Shown here: positions 15,669 through 24,000 of the stretch, in pieces
How positions within the stretch are numbered: position 1 is the stretch's first letter
Layout: the number at the start of each line of letters is the position of its first letter
NCBI RefSeq assembly: GCF_005116655.2
Contig: NZ_CP050698.1
Location: forward strand, 3,059,489-3,083,488
Source of the DNA: Desulfosediminicola flagellatus
Lineage (GTDB): Bacteria; Desulfobacterota; Desulfobulbia; Desulfobulbales; Desulfocapsaceae
Length of the DNA stretch: 24,000 bases
Reading direction: 5' to 3'
Translations under genes and position numbers: made by a program
The notes under the pieces: generated by a model
Told to the model about the DNA's origin: nothing
Databases searched by the model: none
What the model saw: only the letters and a program-made list of their open reading frames with translations

Positions 15669-16885
15669 GCGAAATCCTTTTTTTCAATTGCTAACATATA
15701 GAGTGATATAAGTTGATCTACGATCTTTTCTATATCAAAGTCCATCTCAGCTTTGTGCCTTGCATTTTCACCAAGCTGGATTTTCAACTTTTCATCACTT
15801 AAGATTTTAGTGGTCATTTCTGCCAATTTACATGAATTTCCTACCGGAAAGGTTATCCCATTAACCCCATCATCGACTACGGCAAGGTTGGCTGGAATAT
15901 CTGATACAACACATGCAAGTCCCCAACTCTGGGCCTCAAGAAGAGCATTTGACATCCCCTCATGCCTTGATGGAAGGAGAAAAACGCTGGCTTGCTGATA
16001 ATATCGTGCAGGATCTTCCACCGAACCAGTGAAAGTAAGAGAGTTTTCACAACCATATATCTTTGCTCGTGCCAACCATCCATTATAATCCCCTCCGCCA
16101 ACGAGAATGAGATGCGCTTCGGGATTGACCTTGCCTATCTCAGACCATCCCTTTAAAAGAACATCAAACCCCTTATGTGATGCTCCTTGTGAAAAATTAC
16201 CAACATACAAAACTGTCCCAGGTTGACTCTCTTTTGCTGACAAGTCCGGCAGGTCAACACCATTAGGTATGATGCTAATTCTTTTTTCCGGGATACCGGC
16301 GACAATAAGTTCTTCTTTTAAATATGGGTTGAGGGCTATAAAACTTGTCTCAGTTCTCATCCGACTCCAAAAGGACCTAAAAGGAGTATCATAGCCTATC
16401 ACGTCTAATGCTGGAGTATTTCTGACTTTACAATAAACGGGGATACCGTTTTTTTTCCCAAGGTACCCCCCGAAACCAGCTAACCATGCTGTCTCATGCA
16501 CATGGATCAAATCAATCCCATCATTATTGCGAGGGAAAAAGAGGAGGATGTCTATAATGAAACTCAACCGTGCAAGCCACTCAAAAGGTAGCATCAACCA
16601 GAATAACAATGCTCTCAATCCGGTCTCGAACCTTCCACCTTTTGCAGTTACTAGCCGTAACATTAAGCGTCGAAGCCATTCAGCCAAGGGACATAACCAT
16701 CCATACCTCAGAACTATAGTCTCCCCGTCTTCGGATCGTCTGTTGAATTTAAAACTTGAGAGACTGGTAAGAACAACACTTTCCACGCCCTTTCGAGCGA
16801 GGTTCTTAACAACTTTTCTACATTGTCGCTCAGCACCACCTTCCAGACCGGGCCAATAGGACCATGTTATCATACATATTTTCAT
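15665..16885 (-). CDS. GT4-family glycosyltransferase, paralogue of 17070..18335
   Basis: MKICMITWSYWPGLEGGAERQCR, VLYVGNFSQGASHKGFD and FLLPSRHEGMSNALLEAQSWGLACVVSD motifs. Confidence 0.85.
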   Translation of the reverse strand: MKICMITWSYWPGLEGGAERQCRKVVKNLARKGVESVVLTSLSSFKFNRRSEDGETIVLRYGWLCPLAEWLRRLMLRLVTAKGGRFETGLRALLFWLMLPFEWLARLSFIIDILLFFPRNNDGIDLIHVHETAWLAGFGGYLGKKNGIPVYCKVRNTPALDVIGYDTPFRSFWSRMRTETSFIALNPYLKEELIVAGIPEKRISIIPNGVDLPDLSAKESQPGTVLYVGNFSQGASHKGFDVLLKGWSEIGKVNPEAHLILVGGGDYNGWLARAKIYGCENSLTFTGSVEDPARYYQQASVFLLPSRHEGMSNALLEAQSWGLACVVSDIPANLAVVDDGVNGITFPVGNSCKLAEMTTKILSDEKLKIQLGENARHKAEMDFDIEKIVDQLISLYMLAIEKKDFA

Positions 16886-17069
16886 CTTTTTTTCCTAACG
16901 TCAACGTTGGCGGCAAGGAGCAAGTTTTATTCGTTTTCTTTTAGTGCATGTAGATTGATGGTCATAATGATTGCAAAGCGATATGCATTGCACTATTTTC
17001 TAGAAAAGTAAGTATATCATCAAGTACAATTGATCGAATTTTGTCAGAGTGATTGATTAACAACGTATA

Positions 17070-18335
17070 TCAACAAAGCGTTAGGTAGGTCTTCCTCACC
17101 TCTTCAACCACTCTCTCTATTGAATACTTGTTTATCGTTCGTTCCCTGGCATTAATCCCAAAATTATATCGCAATGACGGATCCCTAAGCAGAGCGATTA
17201 CAGCTGAAGCATATTCATCATGCGCATCAACAGGAACAATGTAACCGGTCTCACCATCTTGAACAATTTCTCGATTCCCTGGAATATCTGACACTACTGC
17301 TGGTATTCCATAACTATGAGCTTCTAACAGAGCATTGGACATTCCTTCCCCCCGAGAGGGCAATATGAAAATCCCTGCATCCATGTAGACCCGTCCAAGA
17401 TCTGCTACGTGCCCAAGAAAACTCACCGTGTTTATGCATTGCAGATTCTCCGCGAGTGATTTCCATTTACCCAGATCCCCACCACCCGCCAGAACAAGAT
17501 GGGCATCAGCAACGTTTTTTGAAACTATTGCCCAAGATTTCAAGAGAGTATCGAACCCCTTATGACCAGACCCCTGCGAGAAATTACCAACGTATAAGAC
17601 TGTTCGATTATCCTCAACCGGTGCTCTTTCACTCGGAATTAAAACCCCATTAGGAAGAATCGTCACGTTCGCTTCATCAACACCTTCATCATAAAGCGCC
17701 TGAGCCATTTCAGGCACAAGCGCTATATAGTTTGTTTTTTTACGCCATTTGCTCCAAAATGATGAAAATGGAACTGTAGTCAAAAGTTGATCAAATGGCG
17801 GGAGATATGCAGCCTTGCAAACCACTGGTATATTTAGCATATTTCCAATCCAACCTGCAAAACCAGCATTCCAGCTAGCAACATGGGTATGTATTACATC
17901 AATTTCAGACCTGTTCCTGTAAATAAACCATCCGGAGGTAACAATAAAGCAGAGAGTATTCATCCACTGAACAACGATGGCCAATATTCCCACTTGTGCT
18001 CCGGCTTTCACATCAATACCGGTTTTGACTTGGCTCATACTTTCCTGACTGCAGTTTTTCTCTTTACTAAAGGTGTTTTTAATAGAAATCAATCGGTCAA
18101 TAACCGGCTGTACAATAGGTACGCGGATAATCTCACATCCTTGGTCTATCTCCCTTCCCGGTAAATCATTTCCAACCTTAGCGGTAACCACAAAGCACCG
18201 GCACCCAGACCGGACTAGTTCTTTAGCCTGAAGCCTACATTGCCGTTCTGCCCCCCCTGTAGGCAGAGGGTAATAGTTATAAATGAGCATACAAACAGTT
18301 TTTATGGAATCAACCACCTTTCCTCCTGTGCTCAT
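17070..18335 (-). CDS. GT4-family glycosyltransferase, paralogue of 15665..16885
   Basis: VCMLIYNYYPLPTGGAERQCR, VLYVGNFSQGSGHKGFD and FILPSRGEGMSNALLEAHSYGIPAVVSD motifs. The start is uncertain: the ATG at 18335 has no SD, while the GTG at 18317 follows AGGAGG. Confidence 0.85.
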   Translation of the reverse strand: MSTGGKVVDSIKTVCMLIYNYYPLPTGGAERQCRLQAKELVRSGCRCFVVTAKVGNDLPGREIDQGCEIIRVPIVQPVIDRLISIKNTFSKEKNCSQESMSQVKTGIDVKAGAQVGILAIVVQWMNTLCFIVTSGWFIYRNRSEIDVIHTHVASWNAGFAGWIGNMLNIPVVCKAAYLPPFDQLLTTVPFSSFWSKWRKKTNYIALVPEMAQALYDEGVDEANVTILPNGVLIPSERAPVEDNRTVLYVGNFSQGSGHKGFDTLLKSWAIVSKNVADAHLVLAGGGDLGKWKSLAENLQCINTVSFLGHVADLGRVYMDAGIFILPSRGEGMSNALLEAHSYGIPAVVSDIPGNREIVQDGETGYIVPVDAHDEYASAVIALLRDPSLRYNFGINARERTINKYSIERVVEEVRKTYLTLC

Positions 18336-18417
18336 ATAAAGATAAACATAAGCATATGACTCAAGAGCTATCCAAAATCATGCTCAAGAGATAGCAAATG
18401 CACGACACATCGCCAGA

Positions 18418-19437
18418 TCAGCGACTATACTGTGTAATAATTGCGTCTAGATCTTTCCCGACCAAAGATGAAAATAACTCTCTACCGCTGGTTCTATTTA
18501 AATGATCTCCAACCCCAAAATGTGACTCCATTATGCCGGGATCACCCGTATAATCCAACAGGATACAGCCTTTCTCATTCAGGTATATTTTGAGATTTTG
18601 AATGTAATCTGCGAATTTATCTTGATCATCACTGGCATGAAGGTTTTTTCTTCGCTTTACTCTGACAAATACAAGTTGAATATCATTTTGTGCTGCCAGG
18701 TCAATAATTGAGGGCAGGAAAGACATCTCAAGCTGATCTTCAAAATCTAGCAGAGTTTTTGTATCTACCTTTTCCATCTCTAGTTGAGTCTTATTGAGCA
18801 GATCTTTATTCATTTTGGATTCTTTGAATTCTCTACCTATCGACTTATCAACTTCACCAGGGGTAAGTCCAAAACCTCTGGCCAAAAGCACATTTTTGAG
18901 CAGATCATCAACCTTTTCCTGTATGACAAACCTACGGGCAAGAAGAGGGATATTCCTGAACAGGTTACCTTTAAGAGAAGAACCGAAAACCAACTTGTCC
19001 ACTATTGGTTCACTTTTCCCGGACATCTCGAGAATACTCTGAAGATACTTGCCTCCTGTTCTGTATTTAGGCAAAGTAAGAAAAGAGTCTCGGAAAAAGA
19101 AAACAACTGTCCGGGGTACCTTCTCAGCCTCGACAACCACATTCTTAAATGTAAGGAACCACCACGCTGAGGCGGAGCCGCCTCTAGCTATTTTCATTAC
19201 TTTCATACCTGTTTTTTTAGCTATGATGTTTGGATCTATTCCTTCTCCCAGCATCGAATTGCCTATCAGCACAAACTCTGGTCCCAACGTTTTAATTTCA
19301 TCAAGGTATCGCTTCATTTCGGACGTTTCATGGTTTGCTCCCGAATGTCCAAAACGGGTCTTTTCAAAAAAGATGTTCGCGCAAATAAACACGACCAGGG
19401 CTACAATAATCGTTATGAGATAAGATGAAGATCGCAT
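18418..19437 (-). CDS. Signal-anchored partner protein of the MBOAT (DltD/AlgJ/PatB-type role; SGNH-like motifs are tentative)
   Basis: I prefer the ATG at 19437, which sits 1 nt after the MBOAT stop codon (TGAtATG) and gives the N-terminal anchor MRSSSYLITIIVALVVFICANIFF. The ORF-track start at 19518 would overlap the MBOAT gene by 80 nt. FVLIGNSML is block-I-like and GVGDHLNRTSG is block-V-like. Confidence 0.55.
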   Translation of the reverse strand: MRSSSYLITIIVALVVFICANIFFEKTRFGHSGANHETSEMKRYLDEIKTLGPEFVLIGNSMLGEGIDPNIIAKKTGMKVMKIARGGSASAWWFLTFKNVVVEAEKVPRTVVFFFRDSFLTLPKYRTGGKYLQSILEMSGKSEPIVDKLVFGSSLKGNLFRNIPLLARRFVIQEKVDDLLKNVLLARGFGLTPGEVDKSIGREFKESKMNKDLLNKTQLEMEKVDTKTLLDFEDQLEMSFLPSIIDLAAQNDIQLVFVRVKRRKNLHASDDQDKFADYIQNLKIYLNEKGCILLDYTGDPGIMESHFGVGDHLNRTSGRELFSSLVGKDLDAIITQYSR

Positions 19438-19438
19438 A

Positions 19439-20833
19439 TCAAAACTGGAAATATATAAAATCCTGACCACCCTCACCGTAGTACAATAGGGTAAAAATGA
19501 GGATAAATCCATATCCACACCCCGCTACTACTCGACCGGCCCTATCCTTTTTTTTCGGTAACATGGCAAACAAGACCAGCGGTGAAAGGTAAAAGAGTAC
19601 GTACATCAAAATCGTCCCACTTGCATAGAGGGAATCCCCTGATATCCCGGCTATTGGGTTGGTGATCAGAGCCGCAAACAACCAACCGGTATCGGTTGTT
19701 CGGAACAAGCACCAGCCAAAGCATATAAACAGGAACATGACTGCACAGGAAACAATTCGTACACCTCTGTTGGCAGGTACCCAAGCGGAACCAATGCCTA
19801 CAAGCCGATAGAGATAGATAAGCAAACCATGGTATGTACCCCACAGTACAAAGTTCCACTCCGCACCATGCCACAAACCGCACAGAGACATAGTTGCAAC
19901 AATTACCCAAAACGACACTACTGGATTTTTTGAGCGTGAACCACCCAACGGAATATAGAGGTAATCCCTGATCCAGGTGGAAAAAGAAATATGCCAGCGC
20001 CTCCAGAAATCTGAAGGAGAAATTGACAGATAAGGGGTATTAAAATTTTCGATAAGCTTGAAACCCAGTAGCCTCGCAGATCCTCTGGCAATATCGGTAT
20101 AGGCAGAAAAATCTGCAAAGATCTGAACAGAGAAAGCCAAAGTACCTGCTGTGAGTAGAAGTAACGACGGTTGCTCTAGCATGAAAACCTTATCTGCATA
20201 AATGGCTACATTGTCTGCAATAACAATTTTTTTCACAACCCCCCTGATCAAAAGAGGCCATGCGGAGCCAAAGAAATGAAAATCCCATCTACGTGCCGTT
20301 TCAATCTGCGGAAGTAACCTCTTTGCCCTTTCGATTGGCCCTGCAACCAATTGGGGAAAAAAGGAGACAAAAAGCGCAAAATCTATAAAATTTCTTCTGG
20401 CCTTCAGCTCGCCTCGGTAAATATCAATTGTATAGCTCAGCGTCTGAAAGGTGTAAAATGAGATTCCAACTGGCAGAATAATGTTTAGCTCTGTAAAACC
20501 AACCGTAAATCCAAATTCAGAGAAAACCTTATTGATGTTGGTAATAAAAAAATTGTAGTACTTGAAATACGCCAGAACCGCTAAACATGAGACGACACTC
20601 GTTGCAAGAAACCATTTCCTGTATCGACTATATTGTTCGATGAGTATCGCCGAAAAAAAATTCACGATTGTCATCCCAAACAGAAGAATACACAGTTTGG
20701 GATGGATGTATCCGTAGAAAAAATAACTGGCCAAAAGTAAAAGGACGTTTTGAATATCCTTTGATCTACTGAGCCAATAGAAGAGGAAAACAGTTGAGAG
20801 ATAAAGTAAATAATCAATGCTTGTAAAAATCAT
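19439..20833 (-). CDS. MBOAT-family membrane-bound O-acyltransferase (AlgI/DltB/PatA-like)
   Basis: It is polytopic, with the signature GLWHGAEWNFVLWGTYHG containing the conserved His. FFPQLVAGPIER and FWRRWHISFSTWIRDYLYIPLGG are typical AlgI/DltB blocks. Confidence 0.9.
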   Translation of the reverse strand: MIFTSIDYLLYLSTVFLFYWLSRSKDIQNVLLLLASYFFYGYIHPKLCILLFGMTIVNFFSAILIEQYSRYRKWFLATSVVSCLAVLAYFKYYNFFITNINKVFSEFGFTVGFTELNIILPVGISFYTFQTLSYTIDIYRGELKARRNFIDFALFVSFFPQLVAGPIERAKRLLPQIETARRWDFHFFGSAWPLLIRGVVKKIVIADNVAIYADKVFMLEQPSLLLLTAGTLAFSVQIFADFSAYTDIARGSARLLGFKLIENFNTPYLSISPSDFWRRWHISFSTWIRDYLYIPLGGSRSKNPVVSFWVIVATMSLCGLWHGAEWNFVLWGTYHGLLIYLYRLVGIGSAWVPANRGVRIVSCAVMFLFICFGWCLFRTTDTGWLFAALITNPIAGISGDSLYASGTILMYVLFYLSPLVLFAMLPKKKDRAGRVVAGCGYGFILIFTLLYYGEGGQDFIYFQF

Positions 20834-20919
20834 AAAGCTGTACGCAATATTGTTCTGGAACAGAATATATCAACTGTCGACGGTAAGGTTTACGCCGGTT
20901 TAAAGTGAGGGATATCATC

Positions 20920-21852
20920 TCAAAGAGGCTTCCTGGCCTGAACGAAAACGCCTGCAGTTCTAAGATCTTCAGCTGTCATTTTCATAAACTTCTCTGGCAA
21001 CCGGTCCTTTTGCAAGGTCGATCTCTGTTCATAGGTGCGTTCACAAAGCACCTCAAATCCGGCTTGCGACAAGAACGCCCGGTGAGTAGAAAATGGCTCT
21101 CTATTAATCAAAAACGGCCTTCTCCCTCTAATAATCTTCCATACCACAGCAGGGTATCCCCAATGACCATCCCAGGTCTCCGCAGTAGCGTGGGATTTAA
21201 GATCTATCTGATGTGAAATCATCCCACCGGGCTTGACCCATGTATACATGCAGTCATAGGCGTTCCACAAGGCATCAACATGCTCGAGAACAGCTTGGGA
21301 GTAAACTAGATCAATGGTTTCTCTCTCAATGACAGTATCGCCATCCCAAGGAACCTTATACTGAATGAAAGAGTTATCACTTTCTGTATTTCCAATCGCT
21401 TTTCTTATTTTTGCAATTCGCTCAGGTCGCAAAGAGTAATCTAGATGTTTCTCATTAAGAAGGTCGTGCGGAAAATCATAGGAGTCCAAATAGGGTTTGA
21501 CCCTTGGAAATTCACCCTCACCCGGGATATCAGCTCTATCCCTGAACAGTTCAAGTAATTCCTCGAAGATTGTGGCATTGTAGTCGCTATTCGCATGCTC
21601 TACCACGTCGAGCGCATAGTATTTATCGCAACCGGAAATTAATGCAGCTAATCCTATCCCTATGGAGTCTCCAGGGCCCAGTTCTGCAACAACATGAGGA
21701 ATAGTTGACAGACCATTTTTTCTGGCCATCACCAGATGTCTCAACCAGACAGAATAGCAGTATCTTGAGGATATAGTTCCACCAGTACCCTTCATTGAGT
21801 GATCGACTCCGGGTAAATATGAGAGAACTCCTTCTAATATCTGGCTTAACAT
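20920..21852 (-). CDS. Class I SAM-dependent methyltransferase
   Basis: VVAELGPGDSIGIGL is motif I (E/DxGxGxG-like) and YSQAVLEHV...VKPGGMI is a post-II/III block. I prefer the ATG at 21852 (AAGGAG 9 nt upstream). The ORF-track ATG at 21861 directly abuts the SD. Confidence 0.75.
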   Translation of the reverse strand: MLSQILEGVLSYLPGVDHSMKGTGGTISSRYCYSVWLRHLVMARKNGLSTIPHVVAELGPGDSIGIGLAALISGCDKYYALDVVEHANSDYNATIFEELLELFRDRADIPGEGEFPRVKPYLDSYDFPHDLLNEKHLDYSLRPERIAKIRKAIGNTESDNSFIQYKVPWDGDTVIERETIDLVYSQAVLEHVDALWNAYDCMYTWVKPGGMISHQIDLKSHATAETWDGHWGYPAVVWKIIRGRRPFLINREPFSTHRAFLSQAGFEVLCERTYEQRSTLQKDRLPEKFMKMTAEDLRTAGVFVQARKPL

Positions 21853-22039
21853 TTTTCTCATCTCCTTCAGAGACTTTTATCTTCTACACTTTAAGACAAT
21901 CCACTATCTTTCCGATAGCTACAATTCATTAGTTTTTTTCAGAAAAAGTTCCAAAGACTATGGCTCATTTCAGATTAAATATGACCTGGAATGCTAAAGG
22001 TTCGCATATCATCGAGAATGGTAGACATCCTGTTAATTA

Positions 22040-23437
22040 TTACTGGTCAGCCGAAGTGACCATGAACACATCTTCAGTAAGAGGATATAATTTTAGCTCT
22101 GTTTTAAAGGACATTAAAGATTGAATATTACCCACTTCATCCCGCATCTCCTTCTCGCTAACTCCAGGAAATTTATGTTTGGAATAATCACCCCGCTCAG
22201 CCACACCAGATAACAGTTTATATAACAATACGTTAAGCTTCATATAGTATCGATAATTCAAACTATTGAGAAAAAACCATGGGCGACGGTTTTTTGTCTT
22301 TACACTGCTTACCACTTGATCAACATTGTCTAGAATAATTCCACTGGCACTAACCCCATCGAATCCATTCAGGTATTGCGACAAGACCTCTATTCTCTCT
22401 TCACTTCTTACATATCTTCCACTAGGTGCGTGGTCGTTCAACAACTCATTAAGAGCTGTGAGGAGATCATCTTCATCCTCAGCTTGAAAGTTTACGGAAT
22501 TGGGTAGATACTGATCATAAACATTAGAAATTACTGGTCTGTACGCAATTGCAGGACGATCAAGTAACAACGCCTCAATTCCGGTTGTACAGCCATTATG
22601 TATCAAAACTGATGAGGCAAGTATCCACGGAATCACCTCTCCCTCGTGAAGGACAAAGACGTTGTTTTCAGTCTCAAACAACTCCACATAAGTTTCGTAT
22701 CTTTCCCCGGGGTGCGGCCTGACAATGACTTTATAATCCTTGTACTCTTTGGCAATCCTTCGAATCATCGGAATAAACGCGTTGAAAATACACCGCTTAT
22801 GAGCCATCCAACCAGAGGTGAATTTTTCATCCTCCGCTGAATTTAATTTACCAGCCTGCCGTAAGACCTCGACATAGCCATTTTCACCATTCCTGTGATT
22901 ACAATGGCTGAAGTTTGTGTTGACTAGAATAAATGGTCCGTGTTTCTGCCTAAGCTCCTGTGCATCCTCTGAGAACACCTCTCTGTATGGCTGCTGCAGA
23001 AGGTCAAATCGAACATTGCCGCTGCAAACTATCCGGTTCTTCAGTTCTGGAAAATGCCTGGCGATCAAATCTGCCTGATATTGTCCCCAGGCAAAAAAGG
23101 TATCAACATTATTGATTTCATCCCGGGATATTTTTCTTCTCACGTAGTCAGCATCATCAAAAAAAACCAGGCCTTCCTCGCACCAAGCGACAACCCTATT
23201 ACCAAGATGCTTGAATTTTTCAAAAGATTCCTCTTTTGAAGGTGCAACACCTTTTTCCAAAACTACCCCTGCAGGCAGCAAGTGAAGTGAGGCTCGTACA
23301 GCGTGAGCTTCACCTATGACCACATTATATCCACGCTGAGCGGCTAAACATGCAAGCAAGGTTTTTGCCTTGAACTCCCGGACCTTTACTTCAACCGGGA
23401 TATAGAGCCATCTATCCTGTCTTCTACTTTCCATCAT
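22040..23437 (-). CDS. Uncharacterised surface-carbohydrate biosynthesis protein, a possible GT-B-like transferase. The CDS itself is confident; the function is tentative.
   Basis: It is a long ORF with no overlaps, lying between a NeuB-family synthase and a methyltransferase. The C-terminal half (VIVRPHPGE...LASSVLIHNGCTTGIEALLLDRPAIAY) resembles the nucleotide-sugar-binding half of capsule- or sialyl-type transferases. ATG at 23437; the ORF track begins at TTG 23443. Confidence 0.45.
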   Translation of the reverse strand: MMESRRQDRWLYIPVEVKVREFKAKTLLACLAAQRGYNVVIGEAHAVRASLHLLPAGVVLEKGVAPSKEESFEKFKHLGNRVVAWCEEGLVFFDDADYVRRKISRDEINNVDTFFAWGQYQADLIARHFPELKNRIVCSGNVRFDLLQQPYREVFSEDAQELRQKHGPFILVNTNFSHCNHRNGENGYVEVLRQAGKLNSAEDEKFTSGWMAHKRCIFNAFIPMIRRIAKEYKDYKVIVRPHPGERYETYVELFETENNVFVLHEGEVIPWILASSVLIHNGCTTGIEALLLDRPAIAYRPVISNVYDQYLPNSVNFQAEDEDDLLTALNELLNDHAPSGRYVRSEERIEVLSQYLNGFDGVSASGIILDNVDQVVSSVKTKNRRPWFFLNSLNYRYYMKLNVLLYKLLSGVAERGDYSKHKFPGVSEKEMRDEVGNIQSLMSFKTELKLYPLTEDVFMVTSADQ

Positions 23438-23500
23438 AATCAATAATTCTACCTTGCTAGAGCTCGCAAAAAATACCTTTTGGTTTTTAGGCCATTATCA

Positions 23501-24000
23501 TTATTTAAAACCCGAAATCGAAAACTGCTGATCTTCGATCACGTTCTCTATTAGCTCTTTTCCTATTACATTTTCAAAATCGTATGGAGGTATTCCACCG
23601 CCAGGTGATTTCATACCAATATCTTCTCGTGTTAATACATGCCCTGCCTGCAAATCAGAATTAGCAACAAGGCTCTTGCCCATTTTGGTGATAGGCGCTT
23701 CTTCACTGGGAAACATCGCCTTATTTCCGTCGCCTAATGCTACCTTCAAGCGCCGAAGATCACGAACCATCTTGGTCAATCCTACCGGCTCAAGAGAAAA
23801 CGCATGATCAGTACCTTTAGTAGCGCGGTTTAGTGTGAAATGTTTTTCTACAACCCTGGCTCCAAGCATATATCCGGCAATTGCCATTGCAATCCCACTG
23901 TCATGGCTTGAAAAACCAGTAACAATACCAGGGAAATTTTTCTGCAATGTGCTGATCACCCTCAAATTCAGCTCATCCCATGCTGGAGGGTAGCCTCCGG
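23501..24000 (-). CDS. Nonulosonic acid synthase, NeuB/LegI/PseI family. Only the C-terminal part with the SAF domain is in the window; the N-terminus lies beyond the right edge.
   Basis: GFSSHDSGIAMAIAGYMLGARVVEKHFTLNRATKGTDHAFSLEP, followed by the SAF-domain sequence KSLVANSDLQAGHVLTREDIGMKSPGGGIPP. The reading frame stays open upstream of the ORF-track TTG to base 24000 (GGYPPAWDELNLRV...). Confidence 0.9.
   Translation of the reverse strand, partial: GGYPPAWDELNLRVISTLQKNFPGIVTGFSSHDSGIAMAIAGYMLGARVVEKHFTLNRATKGTDHAFSLEPVGLTKMVRDLRRLKVALGDGNKAMFPSEEAPITKMGKSLVANSDLQAGHVLTREDIGMKSPGGGIPPYDFENVIGKELIENVIEDQQFSISGFK

Noticed and set aside
18784-19423. Three + strand ORFs (128, 82 and 124 aa) antisense to the MBOAT-partner gene
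   Set aside because: They are antisense to a gene with a clear signal anchor and operon context, and their translations are low-complexity.
19438-19518. An N-terminal extension (MDMDLSSFLPYCTTVRVVRILYISSFD) of the 366-aa ORF
   Set aside because: It would overlap the MBOAT gene by 80 nt. The internal ATG at 19437 gives a classic TGAnATG junction and an N-terminal signal anchor.
19542-20118. ORFs 19542..19910(-) and 19918..20118(-) in alternative frames of the MBOAT gene
   Set aside because: They are same-strand off-frame ORFs inside a gene with unmistakable MBOAT motifs in its own frame.
20834-20919. A sigma-54-like promoter near TTCTGGAACAGAA upstream of the MBOAT gene
   Set aside because: On the relevant (-) strand the sequence lacks the GG/GC dinucleotides at the -24/-12 spacing. 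It is only a 5-bp palindrome.
16446-23166. A8/T8 homopolymer runs inside coding regions (near 16446, 19547, 20655 and 23159) as possible phase-variation switches
   Set aside because: Runs of 7-8 A/T are expected by chance in AT-rich coding DNA (Lys/Phe codons). None lies near a gene start, and I have no evidence of length polymorphism.

Overview
This window is a cell-envelope glycan and surface-protein locus from a bacterium I cannot identify from sequence alone. I saw no rRNA, tRNA, CRISPR array or recognisable defence genes. All calls rest on reading the supplied translations and the DNA by eye; no database search was run.

- **1-4661 (+):** the 3' part of a giant ORF that is open to the left edge. 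It holds at least 3.4 in-frame tandem copies of a 951-bp (317-codon) unit, and copies 1 and 2 differ at only 5 nt. Each unit reads as one complete FN3 domain plus a second FN3 with a discoidin (F5/8 type C) lectin-like domain nested in it. The repeats are followed by thrombospondin type-3-like Asp-rich repeats and a C-terminal region with a degenerate M23/LytM-like core. Base composition drops sharply inside the ORF near 3260.
- **4.7-7.2 kb:** a strong bidirectional terminator hairpin, a GT2 gene with an unknown C-terminal half, a 522-bp AT-rich divergent intergenic region, and a HAD phosphatase-type hydrolase.
- **7.3-13.1 kb (-):** a very AT-rich gtrABC-like periplasmic glycan-modification cassette. 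In transcription order it is a small 4-TM flippase-like gene, a GtrB/ArnC-like GT2, a 589-aa polytopic GT-C-like protein, a Dpm1-like GT2 and a DUF2304-like protein. A complete 1056-bp IS1595-family element (19/22 inverted repeats, 10-bp flanking direct repeat) lies between the flippase-like gene and the GtrB-like gene.
- **Non-coding repeats:** the flippase-like gene is bracketed by diverged ~270-bp direct repeats of non-coding DNA. A 56-nt sub-element of these recurs 245 bp away.
- **13.7-24.0 kb (-):** one tightly packed gene string, in transcription order: partial NeuB-family nonulosonic acid synthase, an uncharacterised 465-aa putative transferase, a SAM methyltransferase, an MBOAT O-acyltransferase with a membrane-anchored partner, three GT4 genes and a GT2.

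The items most worth follow-up are the nested-domain, compositionally chimeric repeat protein, the IS-interrupted low-GC gtr-like cassette, and the unexplained non-coding repeats around the flippase-like gene.
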